Below are positions 16,684 through 23,909 of a stretch of 24,785 bases of DNA, piece after piece. The notes under the pieces are model-generated. The model searched no databases. It saw only the letters and a program-made list of their open reading frames with translations, and was not told where the DNA came from. The position numbers and the translations under genes were made by a program. Each line of letters begins with the position of its first letter. Position 1 is the stretch's first letter. This DNA is from a virus. Its lineage: Duplodnaviria > Caudoviricetes. The stretch lies in the IMG/VR virus record IMGVR_UViG_3300027777_000139, positions 1 to 24,785 of that record; one strand, written 5' to 3'.

Positions 16684-16997
16684 GTCGGCTTAATTAGGGC
16701 GTATGGCTCATTAGTGCGCTTTACGGTGCACTCCATGGCATTAAGGTCTTCCAGAACCTCTTTGTGCACAAGCTCAAGATCATGAGCCATCAGGTAGCTA
16801 TCGATCACATTGAACTTTTTAACCTCCCACATGATGCGAGGCGCCATGTGTAAGCGGATGCGCAAGCGGTAAGTTGTGGCCGTATGGGTGGCAAAGTCAT
16901 ACCAAGCCCACAGCAGGCGTAAGCCGCCCTTGGCTCGGCTGAAGTTCAGCCCTAACTTGATGTGGTGGCCTTCAGGTGTGTGATGAATCATGATCAC
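16680..16997 (-). CDS. Hypothetical protein inserted between terS and terL
   Basis: 105-aa ORF with ATGA overlaps at both ends. Confidence 0.7.
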   Translation of the reverse strand: MIMIHHTPEGHHIKLGLNFSRAKGGLRLLWAWYDFATHTATTYRLRIRLHMAPRIMWEVKKFNVIDSYLMAHDLELVHKEVLEDLNAMECTVKRTNEPYALIKPT

Positions 16998-17299
16998 TCT
17001 GCCTGTCGTTGCAGTCTGATGCTCTTGAGCAACTCACCAAATACATTGACGTTGTTCTCAATCACCAATGGTTGGTTGTCGTCACCACTTATTTGTACGC
17101 TACTTAGGTCAGGTAATGCCTTACCTAGCAGTATCTGTATAGCTCTCATCTTGCTATTAGATATCTCTGCCTGATCGTCAGCACTAAGTGCATGTTCCTC
17201 AAGCTTTTTTATTAAAAGACTTACTTGTATCTTTTTGCGTATATCGTCCTGATGTAGCTTACCCATTGGGCGGCCAACTTTTCTTTTCTCTTCGGTCAT
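16994..17299 (-). CDS. terS: Probable terminase small subunit
   Basis: N-terminal KRKVGRP, helical core IQVSLLIKKLEEHAL...AIQILLGKALPDL, C-terminal ISGDDNQPL; upstream of terL. Confidence 0.7.
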   Translation of the reverse strand: MTEEKRKVGRPMGKLHQDDIRKKIQVSLLIKKLEEHALSADDQAEISNSKMRAIQILLGKALPDLSSVQISGDDNQPLVIENNVNVFGELLKSIRLQRQAE

Positions 17300-17331
17300 G
17301 TTTCAGTCCTTTCGCGCATGCTTTCAGCGCA

Positions 17332-17517
17332 TTACAGGTCTGAGTTTAACAATAAGTTTATAAGCCTGTCTAGGTCTGTGTCGATGAGAGTAGCTGTGTG
17401 CTCCTCATCGTCTGTTATGAGCGCCCATCTTTTTAGGCGTTTATTCCAATACAAGCCACATCTGTCGTAGCCCATCATCAGGCTTTGTAGCTGTGTGAAC
17501 TTGTCTAGGCTATTCAC
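17332..17517 (-). CDS. Hypothetical protein (61 aa)
   Basis: Fills the gap in the operon and overlaps the upstream stop. Confidence 0.55.
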   Translation of the reverse strand: MNSLDKFTQLQSLMMGYDRCGLYWNKRLKRWALITDDEEHTATLIDTDLDRLINLLLNSDL

Positions 17518-17722
17518 TGCTCATCCCCATTACTCTTTGCTCCATTAGCTTGTGGGTACGTTTGAGTTGTTTGTTCTCTTCTTTGAGGCGCGCGATTTCT
17601 GATGTCATGTGTGCCATTCTGCTGGATGCTTGGTCTATCCATTCTTTTACCTCCATAGGCATAGCAAACTGTGGTTCTGTCTTTGTTGTTTTCTTTGACG
17701 CGGGTTTTTTAGCTGTTGTCAT
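17510..17722 (-). CDS. Small coiled-coil hypothetical protein (70 aa)
   Basis: AAGGAG SD; heptad pattern IARLKEENKQLK. Confidence 0.7.
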   Translation of the reverse strand: MTTAKKPASKKTTKTEPQFAMPMEVKEWIDQASSRMAHMTSEIARLKEENKQLKRTHKLMEQRVMGMSSE

Positions 17723-17734
17723 GTGTTCTTCTCC

Positions 17735-17809
17735 TTATCTGTTTATTGCCCATATAAAAAATCCAATCATAAAAAACAAAAAAGCGTTGTTTAAAACATC
17801 CACTGTCAT
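17735..17809 (-). CDS. Possible 24-aa membrane peptide (MTVDVLNNAFLFFMIGFFIWAINR)
   Basis: Hand-translated; ATGA overlap with the upstream gene, AAGGAG upstream; its stop is fused to the next SD (TAAGGAG). Confidence 0.5.
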   Translation of the reverse strand: MTVDVLNNAFLFFMIGFFIWAINR

Positions 17810-18276
17810 GCGTTCTTCTCCTTGAGTTTGGCTTCGGTTAATTCAACCGCTTGTTCGTAACAAATGCTGATTTTTTGAATTTCAACGCTTTCCTCATCTG
17901 TCAGTCCTACCCATGTGCGTTTTTGTGGTGTGTTTGATTTAGGTATCAACTTTACGCCAGTCAGTTTGAACAACAATTCCTCAACTTCCATTCGATCCCA
18001 TATTGCACACGCTAACGCGCTATGAACCTTTTGCAATTCATCATCTTGCTTCTCTGCCTTTGGCATCTGAAAGAAAAACCCAGTTGGTGCTGTCATGTTC
18101 TCTCTGCCAGCAGTGCCGTTGCTTGAGTAGGACACTTGATTCTCTGCCTCTGCGATGGCTTGGCGTAGGGATGTGATGGTGTCATACATTTGAGGCTCAA
18201 AGTCTGCCAATATCCAACCGTCTTTATTGATACGCTCAATAAAATCAAGCGCCTGTTTCATTGCTTCTACGCTCAT
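17806..18276 (-). CDS. Phage accessory protein with conserved-looking ends and a variable middle
   Basis: N-terminal EAMKQAL...ITSLRQAIAEAE and C-terminal WVGLTDEE...EAKLKEKN modules that I recall from proteobacterial phages. Confidence 0.65.
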   Translation of the reverse strand: MSVEAMKQALDFIERINKDGWILADFEPQMYDTITSLRQAIAEAENQVSYSSNGTAGRENMTAPTGFFFQMPKAEKQDDELQKVHSALACAIWDRMEVEELLFKLTGVKLIPKSNTPQKRTWVGLTDEESVEIQKISICYEQAVELTEAKLKEKNA

Positions 18277-18374
18277 AGTGGCGCCTCTGGCAGTTGGTTG
18301 CGTTGCTTTTGCTCATACTCGCGGATCTGCTTAGGCGTCCACGGTACCAATGGGTGTGTAGGGAATGGCCACAT
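18273..18374 (-). CDS. 33-aa Pro/Trp-rich peptide (MWPFPTHPLVPWTPKQIREYEQKQRNQLPEAPL)
   Basis: Hand-translated; TAATG overlap upstream and ATGA overlap downstream. Confidence 0.6.
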   Translation of the reverse strand: MWPFPTHPLVPWTPKQIREYEQKQRNQLPEAPL

Positions 18375-18589
18375 TATTCTGCCTCAATGTGGTTAACGAT
18401 GCGGATCAATGCGGCGATCATGTCTTTGGCCTGCTGTTTGTTCATGATCATGCGTGTACCGCCAGCGCTTGAATTAACGCTCAACCATACGCCATCATCA
18501 TCATATACATCCACAAACAAGTGGCTGTTGTACTCGCGGCCTTTGACCTGCGTTTGAAAGTCTTCTGTTGTCGTCATTGTGTTCTCCAA
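18374..18589 (-). CDS. Hypothetical protein (true start probably MTTTED)
   Basis: ORF track; GGAG precedes the internal ATG. Confidence 0.65.
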   Translation of the reverse strand: MENTMTTTEDFQTQVKGREYNSHLFVDVYDDDGVWLSVNSSAGGTRMIMNKQQAKDMIAALIRIVNHIEAE

Positions 18590-18601
18590 TAATTAAAAGT
18601 T

Positions 18602-18624
18602 AAAAGATGGGGGCTGAGCCCCCT
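18602..18624 (-). terminator. Probable intrinsic terminator
   Basis: GGGGGC-TCA-GCCCCC followed by ATCTTTTAACTTTT, just after the 208-aa gene stop. Confidence 0.6.
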
Positions 18625-18628
18625 GTTG

Positions 18629-19255
18629 TTATGCGTTCTCTAGCTTGCGCCAAGCTTGTGTACCGATCCATCCATTGAGGCTAGCGCCGTTCTTGTCTAG
18701 CACGTAGTACACACGGCCACCTTCTACGCGTCTGCATTCGTATGTGTAGCTCTTGTTCTGGGATATCTTCTTATCGCCGCGATAGATGGGTGTTGGTGGC
18801 TCTTTTTTCTCTACCTCGATCAATGGTGTGCCGTGGTACTTGTCGGCCACTTCTACCAGCATGTCAGCGAACTGGGCGCCCATGCTAGCTTTAAATGTCA
18901 TCTCGTGAATGACTTTTCTGGTGGTCATGCGTTGCTGATACTCATCGCCTTCAGCAAATGGGATTAGGTCAGGCTTGCGCTCTGTACCGCGGTTGATGAA
19001 CTCTGGCTTAGCTGTGCCTGCTTCGAGCTTGTTCTTTTGCTCTAACAGCTTAGCTACATCAGCGCGGACTTGAGCCACGATGCCGTCTGTGCGTGTGCGG
19101 CTCTTTTGCATAGGCTCACTAGACTCGCCAGAGCAGGCGCCTTGGAACCAACCGTGCTCGACTGTGTAGCCGTGCTTGGCCATCCATCTACCTACTACGG
19201 CCTGCTGGCGGCCACAGCATTGGCAGTTACCGCGAAGTTGTGTTGATGATTGCAT
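18629..19255 (-). CDS. Hypothetical protein with N-terminal putative Zn-binding motif
   Basis: GNCQCCGR...KHGY...FQGACSG; has its own promoter-like element and AAGGA SD. Confidence 0.7.
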   Translation of the reverse strand: MQSSTQLRGNCQCCGRQQAVVGRWMAKHGYTVEHGWFQGACSGESSEPMQKSRTRTDGIVAQVRADVAKLLEQKNKLEAGTAKPEFINRGTERKPDLIPFAEGDEYQQRMTTRKVIHEMTFKASMGAQFADMLVEVADKYHGTPLIEVEKKEPPTPIYRGDKKISQNKSYTYECRRVEGGRVYYVLDKNGASLNGWIGTQAWRKLENA

Positions 19256-19270
19256 TTTGATTTCCTTTCT

Positions 19271-19323
19271 AAACCTGCTTGATTGCAGTAATGACAGTAT
19301 AACAGAAAATTAGAGTGTTGCAA
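19271..19323 (-). promoter_or_regulatory. Repeated promoter+hairpin element, copy A
   Basis: TTGCAA-N16-TATACT with extended -10 TG; core CTAATTTTCTGTTA; followed by a CTGC-AATCAA-GCAG hairpin. Confidence 0.7.
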
Positions 19324-19903
19324 GCTTGGGGCGCTGGATAACGGTTTGCTTGACGCCGTTACGTACACCGTGCTCTTTTACGGTAGCTGTGATGGTGGCA
19401 GTCTCGCCCTTCTCTGGGAAGCCCTTGGCGTTGCCTTTGTAGATGATCGTGTTGTTGTTTGCGTCTTCGCAGATGTTGATGTACACGGTGCCAAAGCTAC
19501 CGTCCAGTTCGACAATGTGAACGACTTTGAGGGTAAGGGTGATCTTTTCGCCTACGGTGCCTACGAAGTCGCGTGTAGCGTCGATAGCGGCCTTCTTGTC
19601 AGCCCATTCTGCTTTGCGTGCGGCACGGGCGTCTATGCCCTTTAGGATGGCTTCGCACTGCTTAGGGGACAGCTTGCCATAAGTGTAGAAGGCTTGAGCC
19701 ATGGAACCCATGAAGTCGTCGGTATAGCCTCTGAATCCGCCACGATCGTTGTGAAGCATACCAACTACCAAAGCGCTTTCAATCTCACTAGCACGCTCAG
19801 TTTTAGCACGCCATGTTTTTTGTGCGTTACCAATGATGTAGCTTTTGACGGCATTCTCATAAGCTACTGGATTTTCAATGATGGGTGAAAAGTTTGTTGC
19901 CAT
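19310..19903 (-). CDS. Hypothetical protein with C-terminal OB-fold-like domain
   Basis: FVGTVGEKITLTLKVVHI...GETATITATVKEHGVRNGVKQTVIQRPK has an OB-type beta-barrel pattern; AGGAG SD. Confidence 0.65.
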   Translation of the reverse strand: MATNFSPIIENPVAYENAVKSYIIGNAQKTWRAKTERASEIESALVVGMLHNDRGGFRGYTDDFMGSMAQAFYTYGKLSPKQCEAILKGIDARAARKAEWADKKAAIDATRDFVGTVGEKITLTLKVVHIVELDGSFGTVYINICEDANNNTIIYKGNAKGFPEKGETATITATVKEHGVRNGVKQTVIQRPKLATL

Positions 19904-19914
19904 TTGATTCTCCT

Positions 19915-19959
19915 AAACCTGCGTCATTGCAGTGATAGGAACTATAACAGAAAATTAGA
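19915..19959 (-). promoter_or_regulatory. Repeated promoter+hairpin element, copy B
   Basis: CTAATTTTCTGTTATAGT (TGn-TATAGT) followed by a CTGC-AATGAC-GCAG hairpin and SD. Confidence 0.65.
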
Positions 19960-19979
19960 TTATTTACTAGGTGTTTTCA

Positions 19980-20081
19980 CTAATCATCCTGATCCATCAT
20001 CAGCATGACCACTGCCACCAGTGCAAATATCACAAATCCTGAACACAAGAGTAGTACAACCCAAGCAACTGTCTCTAGCAT
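19980..20081 (-). CDS. 33-aa single-pass membrane peptide (MLETVAWVVLLLCSGFVIFALVAVVMLMMDQDD)
   Basis: Hand-translated; strong SD AGGAGG; long hydrophobic stretch with acidic tail. Confidence 0.65.
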   Translation of the reverse strand: MLETVAWVVLLLCSGFVIFALVAVVMLMMDQDD

Positions 20082-20090
20082 GATGTCCTC

Positions 20091-20486
20091 CTAAAGTTCT
20101 AATTCTAATTGCCTGCTTTGTACAGGGCTTTTTTGCCACCAGTGGATTCGCATACGCATGGCTTTGACTTCGTTGTATTTGAGGTAAGGGATCTTGGTCT
20201 TCTTGTCGCTCTCGTCCTCATATGTACGGCGCTCCAATGCCGCCCTGAAGCTGGTGGGCTCCAGCCCAATCATGGATGCGTAAGCTCTGAACATTGACTT
20301 GTCACCAAAGAAAAAGTTGAGCGATCCAATTGCATGGTGGTTCAGGTTGCAGTTGTGCCTAAGCTCTTCGTCGGTGGGGATCATGCACAAGTCTTCTATG
20401 GCCATAGCGATCACGCCTGCGACTAGATGTGCCGCACTGCGTGTTTCCTCTTCTATGCCCTCCTGTGTGCTTATGAGGTCAATCAT
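20091..20486 (-). CDS. Hypothetical protein (131 aa)
   Basis: ORF track; ATGA overlap with the upstream gene. Confidence 0.7.
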   Translation of the reverse strand: MIDLISTQEGIEEETRSAAHLVAGVIAMAIEDLCMIPTDEELRHNCNLNHHAIGSLNFFFGDKSMFRAYASMIGLEPTSFRAALERRTYEDESDKKTKIPYLKYNEVKAMRMRIHWWQKSPVQSRQLELEL

Positions 20487-20737
20487 GTTTTTTTTATCCC
20501 CATCGCTTTTGCAAAGTGGTTGTCATAGCGATTACGCATCTCTTCTAACGTAGCGGCGGCGCCTGCGTTCTTTTCCAGCTCAGCAACCCTATCAGTCAGC
20601 ACGCGCACCAGCTCAGTCAGGATAGCAACCTCTGCCATTAGTTGTTCTCTGGATGGTTGCTTCATGTCGCGCACATAGTCTTGCTTGATGCGAGACTCCA
20701 TCTCTATGCGGTTGAACTCTTCGTCTTCTGGTGTCAT
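20483..20737 (-). CDS. Small coiled-coil hypothetical protein (start MTPEDEEF)
   Basis: The ATG at 20737 overlaps the upstream TGA; heptad pattern. Confidence 0.65.
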   Translation of the reverse strand: MTPEDEEFNRIEMESRIKQDYVRDMKQPSREQLMAEVAILTELVRVLTDRVAELEKNAGAAATLEEMRNRYDNHFAKAMGIKKT

Positions 20738-20958
20738 ATATGCCCCTTTAATTCTGCTAGCTTTTTTTGCACTTCCCAATTGATGATGGCCTGCACTTCA
20801 CGGTAGCTGGTGAAAGAAAAATAGTTTTCTGCATCCAAAAATGTTTTAACCGTAGGGGTGATGTCGAGCCCATGCTGATATGCTTGGGCTTCTATCTTAT
20901 TGGGGAATAATTTGCCGTCGCTTGTAGCGTAGGCTTCCATAGGCGTTATTTCAGTCAT
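20734..20958 (-). CDS. Hypothetical protein (74 aa)
   Basis: TAATG overlap; N-terminal AYATSDGKLF motif that I recall from small phage proteins. Confidence 0.65.
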   Translation of the reverse strand: MTEITPMEAYATSDGKLFPNKIEAQAYQHGLDITPTVKTFLDAENYFSFTSYREVQAIINWEVQKKLAELKGHI

Positions 20959-21215
20959 TACTGCCTCTGTGTTGGTATACGGTTACGGATAGCCTCGCCC
21001 AGCTTCTCAATGTCCACGCATTCGTCGGCTAGCTTGGCGCACTCTTCACGCTCGATCATGATGGCGCGCTTGGTCGTCTCGATGGCCACCGCCATGATCT
21101 CTGCTTTAGCTATTGCCAGTTCACCGTCAAACTCTTGTTGTGTGAAAAACTTCACATGTTCTTGGCCAAGTAATTGGCGCGCAAGTTGGCTTGTCTCTTT
21201 CATTAACTTCTCCAA
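20958..21215 (-). CDS. Hypothetical protein with ERExCAxxA motif
   Basis: C-terminal IEREECAKLAD...AIRNR helical module recalled from proteobacterial phages; true start may be the second Met. Confidence 0.65.
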   Translation of the reverse strand: MEKLMKETSQLARQLLGQEHVKFFTQQEFDGELAIAKAEIMAVAIETTKRAIMIEREECAKLADECVDIEKLGEAIRNRIPTQRQ

Positions 21216-21367
21216 ATAAATAAATCAAAAATGATTGCAATTACCGCGACCACAAAAATAACAGCCATCAAGATTCCAAACTCGGATGGCTTCTTGTGGA
21301 ACGGCCCCTCGATCACTGGATTCTTTTCCACGTTACGTGGGAACACTTTGGTGGTTTGATTAAGCAT
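21203..21367 (-). CDS. Small protein with C-terminal transmembrane helix (start MLNQTTKV)
   Basis: GGAGG SD before the ATG at 21367; hydrophobic FGILMAVIFVVAVIAIIFDLFIW. Confidence 0.65.
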   Translation of the reverse strand: MLNQTTKVFPRNVEKNPVIEGPFHKKPSEFGILMAVIFVVAVIAIIFDLFIWRS

Positions 21368-21719
21368 GGGTTTCCTCCTTTGCTTTGATGTTGCCGAGCG
21401 CAACCTGCTCTTTATACGCGAGTAGCACGTATTCGTCCATGGTGGTTTCAATGACTCTTTCAGTGCTCTCATTGAGGTCACCGTAGCGCATTACTTCGCG
21501 CAAACCGTACAGCTTGAACAGGTTTGCAAACTCGCGTGCGCGGTTCCACAGTCCGTTGTTGTACAGGTCGTAGTACGCGTTCACAGCCTTGCGAAAACGC
21601 TCTAGATGCATGTTCTTTGTGCGGCGGTAGGGTACGGCACCCACCATAGGAATAATCGCCTGCAAAGCCTTAGATTCCTCGTTGTAACGACCTCTGTCGT
21701 CCCAGTATCGATTAGACAT
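21360..21719 (-). CDS. Hypothetical protein (start MSNRYWDD)
   Basis: GAGG before the ATG at 21719; YYDLYNNGLWN motif. Confidence 0.7.
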   Translation of the reverse strand: MSNRYWDDRGRYNEESKALQAIIPMVGAVPYRRTKNMHLERFRKAVNAYYDLYNNGLWNRAREFANLFKLYGLREVMRYGDLNESTERVIETTMDEYVLLAYKEQVALGNIKAKEETHA

Positions 21720-21984
21720 ATTCAACCTCATAAAATTTAGAAATAATCTTGCCAAGCACATGCATTGGCTCTGTGTCACTGGCGCCGTACTCAGACATGC
21801 GATCCATGAACTTGTCGCAGGCGCGCACAGCTTCTCTGAAGTCTTCTGTTGTGTTGAGAACCTGAGCTACGTTTAGGTTCAAGAAGTTGGCGGCATTGCT
21901 ACTGCCCTTCATGTTGGTGTATAGATCCCAGTCTTCAGCAGTTAGCTCAAGTCTGATGTGTTTTGATATGGTTACGTTTTTCAT
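21712..21984 (-). CDS. Hypothetical protein (90 aa)
   Basis: ORF track; GGAG SD; abuts its neighbours. Confidence 0.7.
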   Translation of the reverse strand: MKNVTISKHIRLELTAEDWDLYTNMKGSSNAANFLNLNVAQVLNTTEDFREAVRACDKFMDRMSEYGASDTEPMHVLGKIISKFYEVEYV

Positions 21985-22242
21985 TTAATTCTCCCAAACG
22001 ATTAAACAGCCTGCGTTTTCCCACTCGCAGTACAGGCCATGCTTCTTCATGATTTCTTCCAGCTTAGGGCTGGTGTTCTCGCCCTTCCAGCGGCCATCTG
22101 CGTAGGCGTAGTAGTCAGCCCACTTGTATGACTCTGGATCCTCAGCGCTAATCAGGAATCGGCCTTCATAGTCGCTACGCTCGAACACTGGGCAACCCAG
22201 CTTCTTAAGTTCATTGAATGCTTTGATAAATGCGCGTTTCAT
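21985..22242 (-). CDS. Hypothetical protein (85 aa)
   Basis: AAGGAG SD; C-terminal KHGLYCEWENAG motif. Confidence 0.7.
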   Translation of the reverse strand: MKRAFIKAFNELKKLGCPVFERSDYEGRFLISAEDPESYKWADYYAYADGRWKGENTSPKLEEIMKKHGLYCEWENAGCLIVWEN

Positions 22243-22252
22243 GTTGTGCTCC

Positions 22253-22444
22253 TTACGCGTAGGCTTCTAATTGATGCTCATACTTACCATGACCAACATG
22301 CTTGGTAGTCAGGTAACCCATACTTGTTTTGCTACAGATGGCGCCGTGGTCAACCACCCAGCCAAAGTTTCCAAACGTACAACCAAGCTTGGTAGCTTTT
22401 CTCTGGTGTGCGTTGCGCAATAATGTGTACTGATAATTTGTCAT
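22253..22444 (-). CDS. Hypothetical protein (63 aa)
   Basis: AGGA SD; fills the operon gap. Confidence 0.6.
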   Translation of the reverse strand: MTNYQYTLLRNAHQRKATKLGCTFGNFGWVVDHGAICSKTSMGYLTTKHVGHGKYEHQLEAYA

Positions 22445-22453
22445 GGTGTGTTC

Positions 22454-22657
22454 CTAATTTAAAAACGTGTTGTCTCTGACAGACTCGTAAATATCCAACA
22501 ATGAGATGTATTCGCCATAAGCCATGACGCGATCAAAATCTGTTTTATCTTTAATTTGGTTTGTACCGTTAGTGGTAACAAAGCCCCACATCTCTTCCAT
22601 CTTTGCAATTTTTGTTTCTAATGCATTGATTAAGTTTTCTTTGCTAAATCGAATCAT
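22454..22657 (-). CDS. Hypothetical protein (67 aa)
   Basis: AGGAG SD; visibly AT-richer than its neighbours. Confidence 0.65.
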   Translation of the reverse strand: MIRFSKENLINALETKIAKMEEMWGFVTTNGTNQIKDKTDFDRVMAYGEYISLLDIYESVRDNTFLN

Positions 22658-22671
22658 GTTGTGCTCCTAGT

Positions 22672-22687
22672 GGGGGCCGAAGCCCCC
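22672..22687 (-). other. Stable C(UUCG)G tetraloop hairpin without U-tract
   Basis: Minus strand GGGGGC-TTCG-GCCCCC directly followed by ACTAGGAG (SD). Confidence 0.7.
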
Positions 22688-22693
22688 GATTGA

Positions 22694-22957
22694 TTAACCT
22701 AAACAGAAGATGTCGTTGATACCAACCAACGGGCCATGGGTGCTGATAGAGTGCTCGACCTGCTTGATGGTCGGAGTCATCAGCATTGATGCGTCGATGC
22801 CTTGAGCACACATCTTTTCGCCTTCATACCATTGCACTTCAACCATGTTGGAATCTTTGAACACATGTGTAATGGTTCTTACTTGGGCATGTAAAAAGTC
22901 TGATGTAACTACCAACATGCCTTCGTACATATCTAATTTTTTGATCTTGCGGTTCAT
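22694..22957 (-). CDS. Hypothetical small beta-rich protein (87 aa)
   Basis: AGGGAG SD; ORF track. Confidence 0.65.
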   Translation of the reverse strand: MNRKIKKLDMYEGMLVVTSDFLHAQVRTITHVFKDSNMVEVQWYEGEKMCAQGIDASMLMTPTIKQVEHSISTHGPLVGINDIFCLG

Positions 22958-22968
22958 GATCGACTCCC

Positions 22969-23259
22969 TTAGTTAGACAAGGCTTCGGTGGTGGCAGACA
23001 TGATGTCTTTGGTGATCTTGGTGTGCTTAGCAACCAAGTCAGCAGGAGCATTCAACTCCTTAGCTACAGCAGACCATGCTGTGCTTTTCTTTTCTGGAGT
23101 GTGCTTGACGATGGTGACGTACATAGTGCCAGCGTAGGTGCCTGCACCGAGCAATTTGATTTGGTCTTTTAAAGACTCTGCTTGCTCTGTCAATGCTTCG
23201 ATCTGGTCTTGGATTAAACCGAGTTGGTCTACGACCTTGAGTGCTGTGGATACTGTCAT
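22969..23259 (-). CDS. Hypothetical protein with N-terminal coiled coil (96 aa)
   Basis: First gene after promoter copy C; AAGGA SD; heptads LGLIQDQIEALTEQAESLKDQIK. Confidence 0.7.
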   Translation of the reverse strand: MTVSTALKVVDQLGLIQDQIEALTEQAESLKDQIKLLGAGTYAGTMYVTIVKHTPEKKSTAWSAVAKELNAPADLVAKHTKITKDIMSATTEALSN

Positions 23260-23280
23260 GATAATTTCCTTTAAGTTGAT

Positions 23281-23327
23281 GAACCCGCTTTCTGTTGCGG
23301 TAAAGGAATGTTAACAGGAAATTAGAG
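23281..23327 (-). promoter_or_regulatory. Repeated promoter+hairpin element, copy C
   Basis: CTCTAATTTCCTGTTAACAT (TGn-TAACAT) followed by a CCGC-AACAGAAA-GCGG hairpin. Confidence 0.6.
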
Positions 23328-23401
23328 TTTGAAACACCCTAAACAGACTATTTTTCTAAGGAAAACCCTAATACGCACCCTTAGTTTGTATACTTGTGTT
23401 T

Positions 23402-23674
23402 TCAGTTTTGGTTTATGTAATGAATGACGTTCTCAATTGTTTTATTGAGGGCATCCAATTCGTCCATCTTTGCAATAGCCCATGCACGCTTCTCACCATG
23501 CCAGCCCATCTTTGAGCCTTGGTGGCAGGACTTGCACAGGGCAACAACTGTGTATTGCCTATGCTGTTTTACGTGGTGTGCATCGCTTGGGCCAGAGGCA
23601 TCGCATACGGAGCAGGGCATAAGTTTCACCAAGCCCACGTATGCGCGCTCCTTAGCAGTCATGCTGTTATTCAT
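23402..23674 (-). CDS. Zn-binding HNH-type nuclease (Ref/DUF968-like)
   Basis: PCSVC...DAHH...ALCKSCH...GWHG motif set. Confidence 0.7.
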   Translation of the reverse strand: MNNSMTAKERAYVGLVKLMPCSVCDASGPSDAHHVKQHRQYTVVALCKSCHQGSKMGWHGEKRAWAIAKMDELDALNKTIENVIHYINQN

Positions 23675-23909
23675 CGTATTCCCACATGATGATTGGCGTC
23701 GATAGCCCCATGTAGGCGCCCTCGATGTTGAACGCGATCCACTCTATGGCCTCCTCATCCGTCATGCCTTCGTCCATGAATATTTCCATGAGCTTCTGGC
23801 CACTGTAGATGAGGGTTTCAACACGCTGGTTGCCTTGCCATACAGAGGCGATGCCTGCTATGGCTTTGTTGTACTTCTGGCCTGTGATTTTTAAGAGTTG
23901 CTCTTCCAT
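23667..23909 (-). CDS. Conserved hypothetical phage protein (80 aa)
   Basis: GMTDEEAIEWIAFNIEGAYMGxxTPII motif; TAATG overlap. Confidence 0.7.
   Translation of the reverse strand: MEEQLLKITGQKYNKAIAGIASVWQGNQRVETLIYSGQKLMEIFMDEGMTDEEAIEWIAFNIEGAYMGLSTPIIMWEYDE

Noticed and set aside
17300-17331. Hammerhead ribozyme (CTGAAAG...GAAA) before terS
   Set aside because: The core does not match CUGANGA and the three required stems are not present.
2311-23051. Short alternate-frame minus-strand ORFs nested in larger genes (e.g. 2311-2496, 4551-4748, 5645-5908, 9433-9633, 15708-15923, 22839-23051)
   Set aside because: Fully or largely overlapped by stronger genes, with no protein-like features.
345-23705. 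Numerous plus-strand ORFs in the track (e.g. 11725-12348, 11810-12457, 7877-8440)
   Set aside because: They lie antisense to well-supported minus-strand genes, show no recognisable motifs, and read as shadows of biased codon usage or low-complexity sequence.
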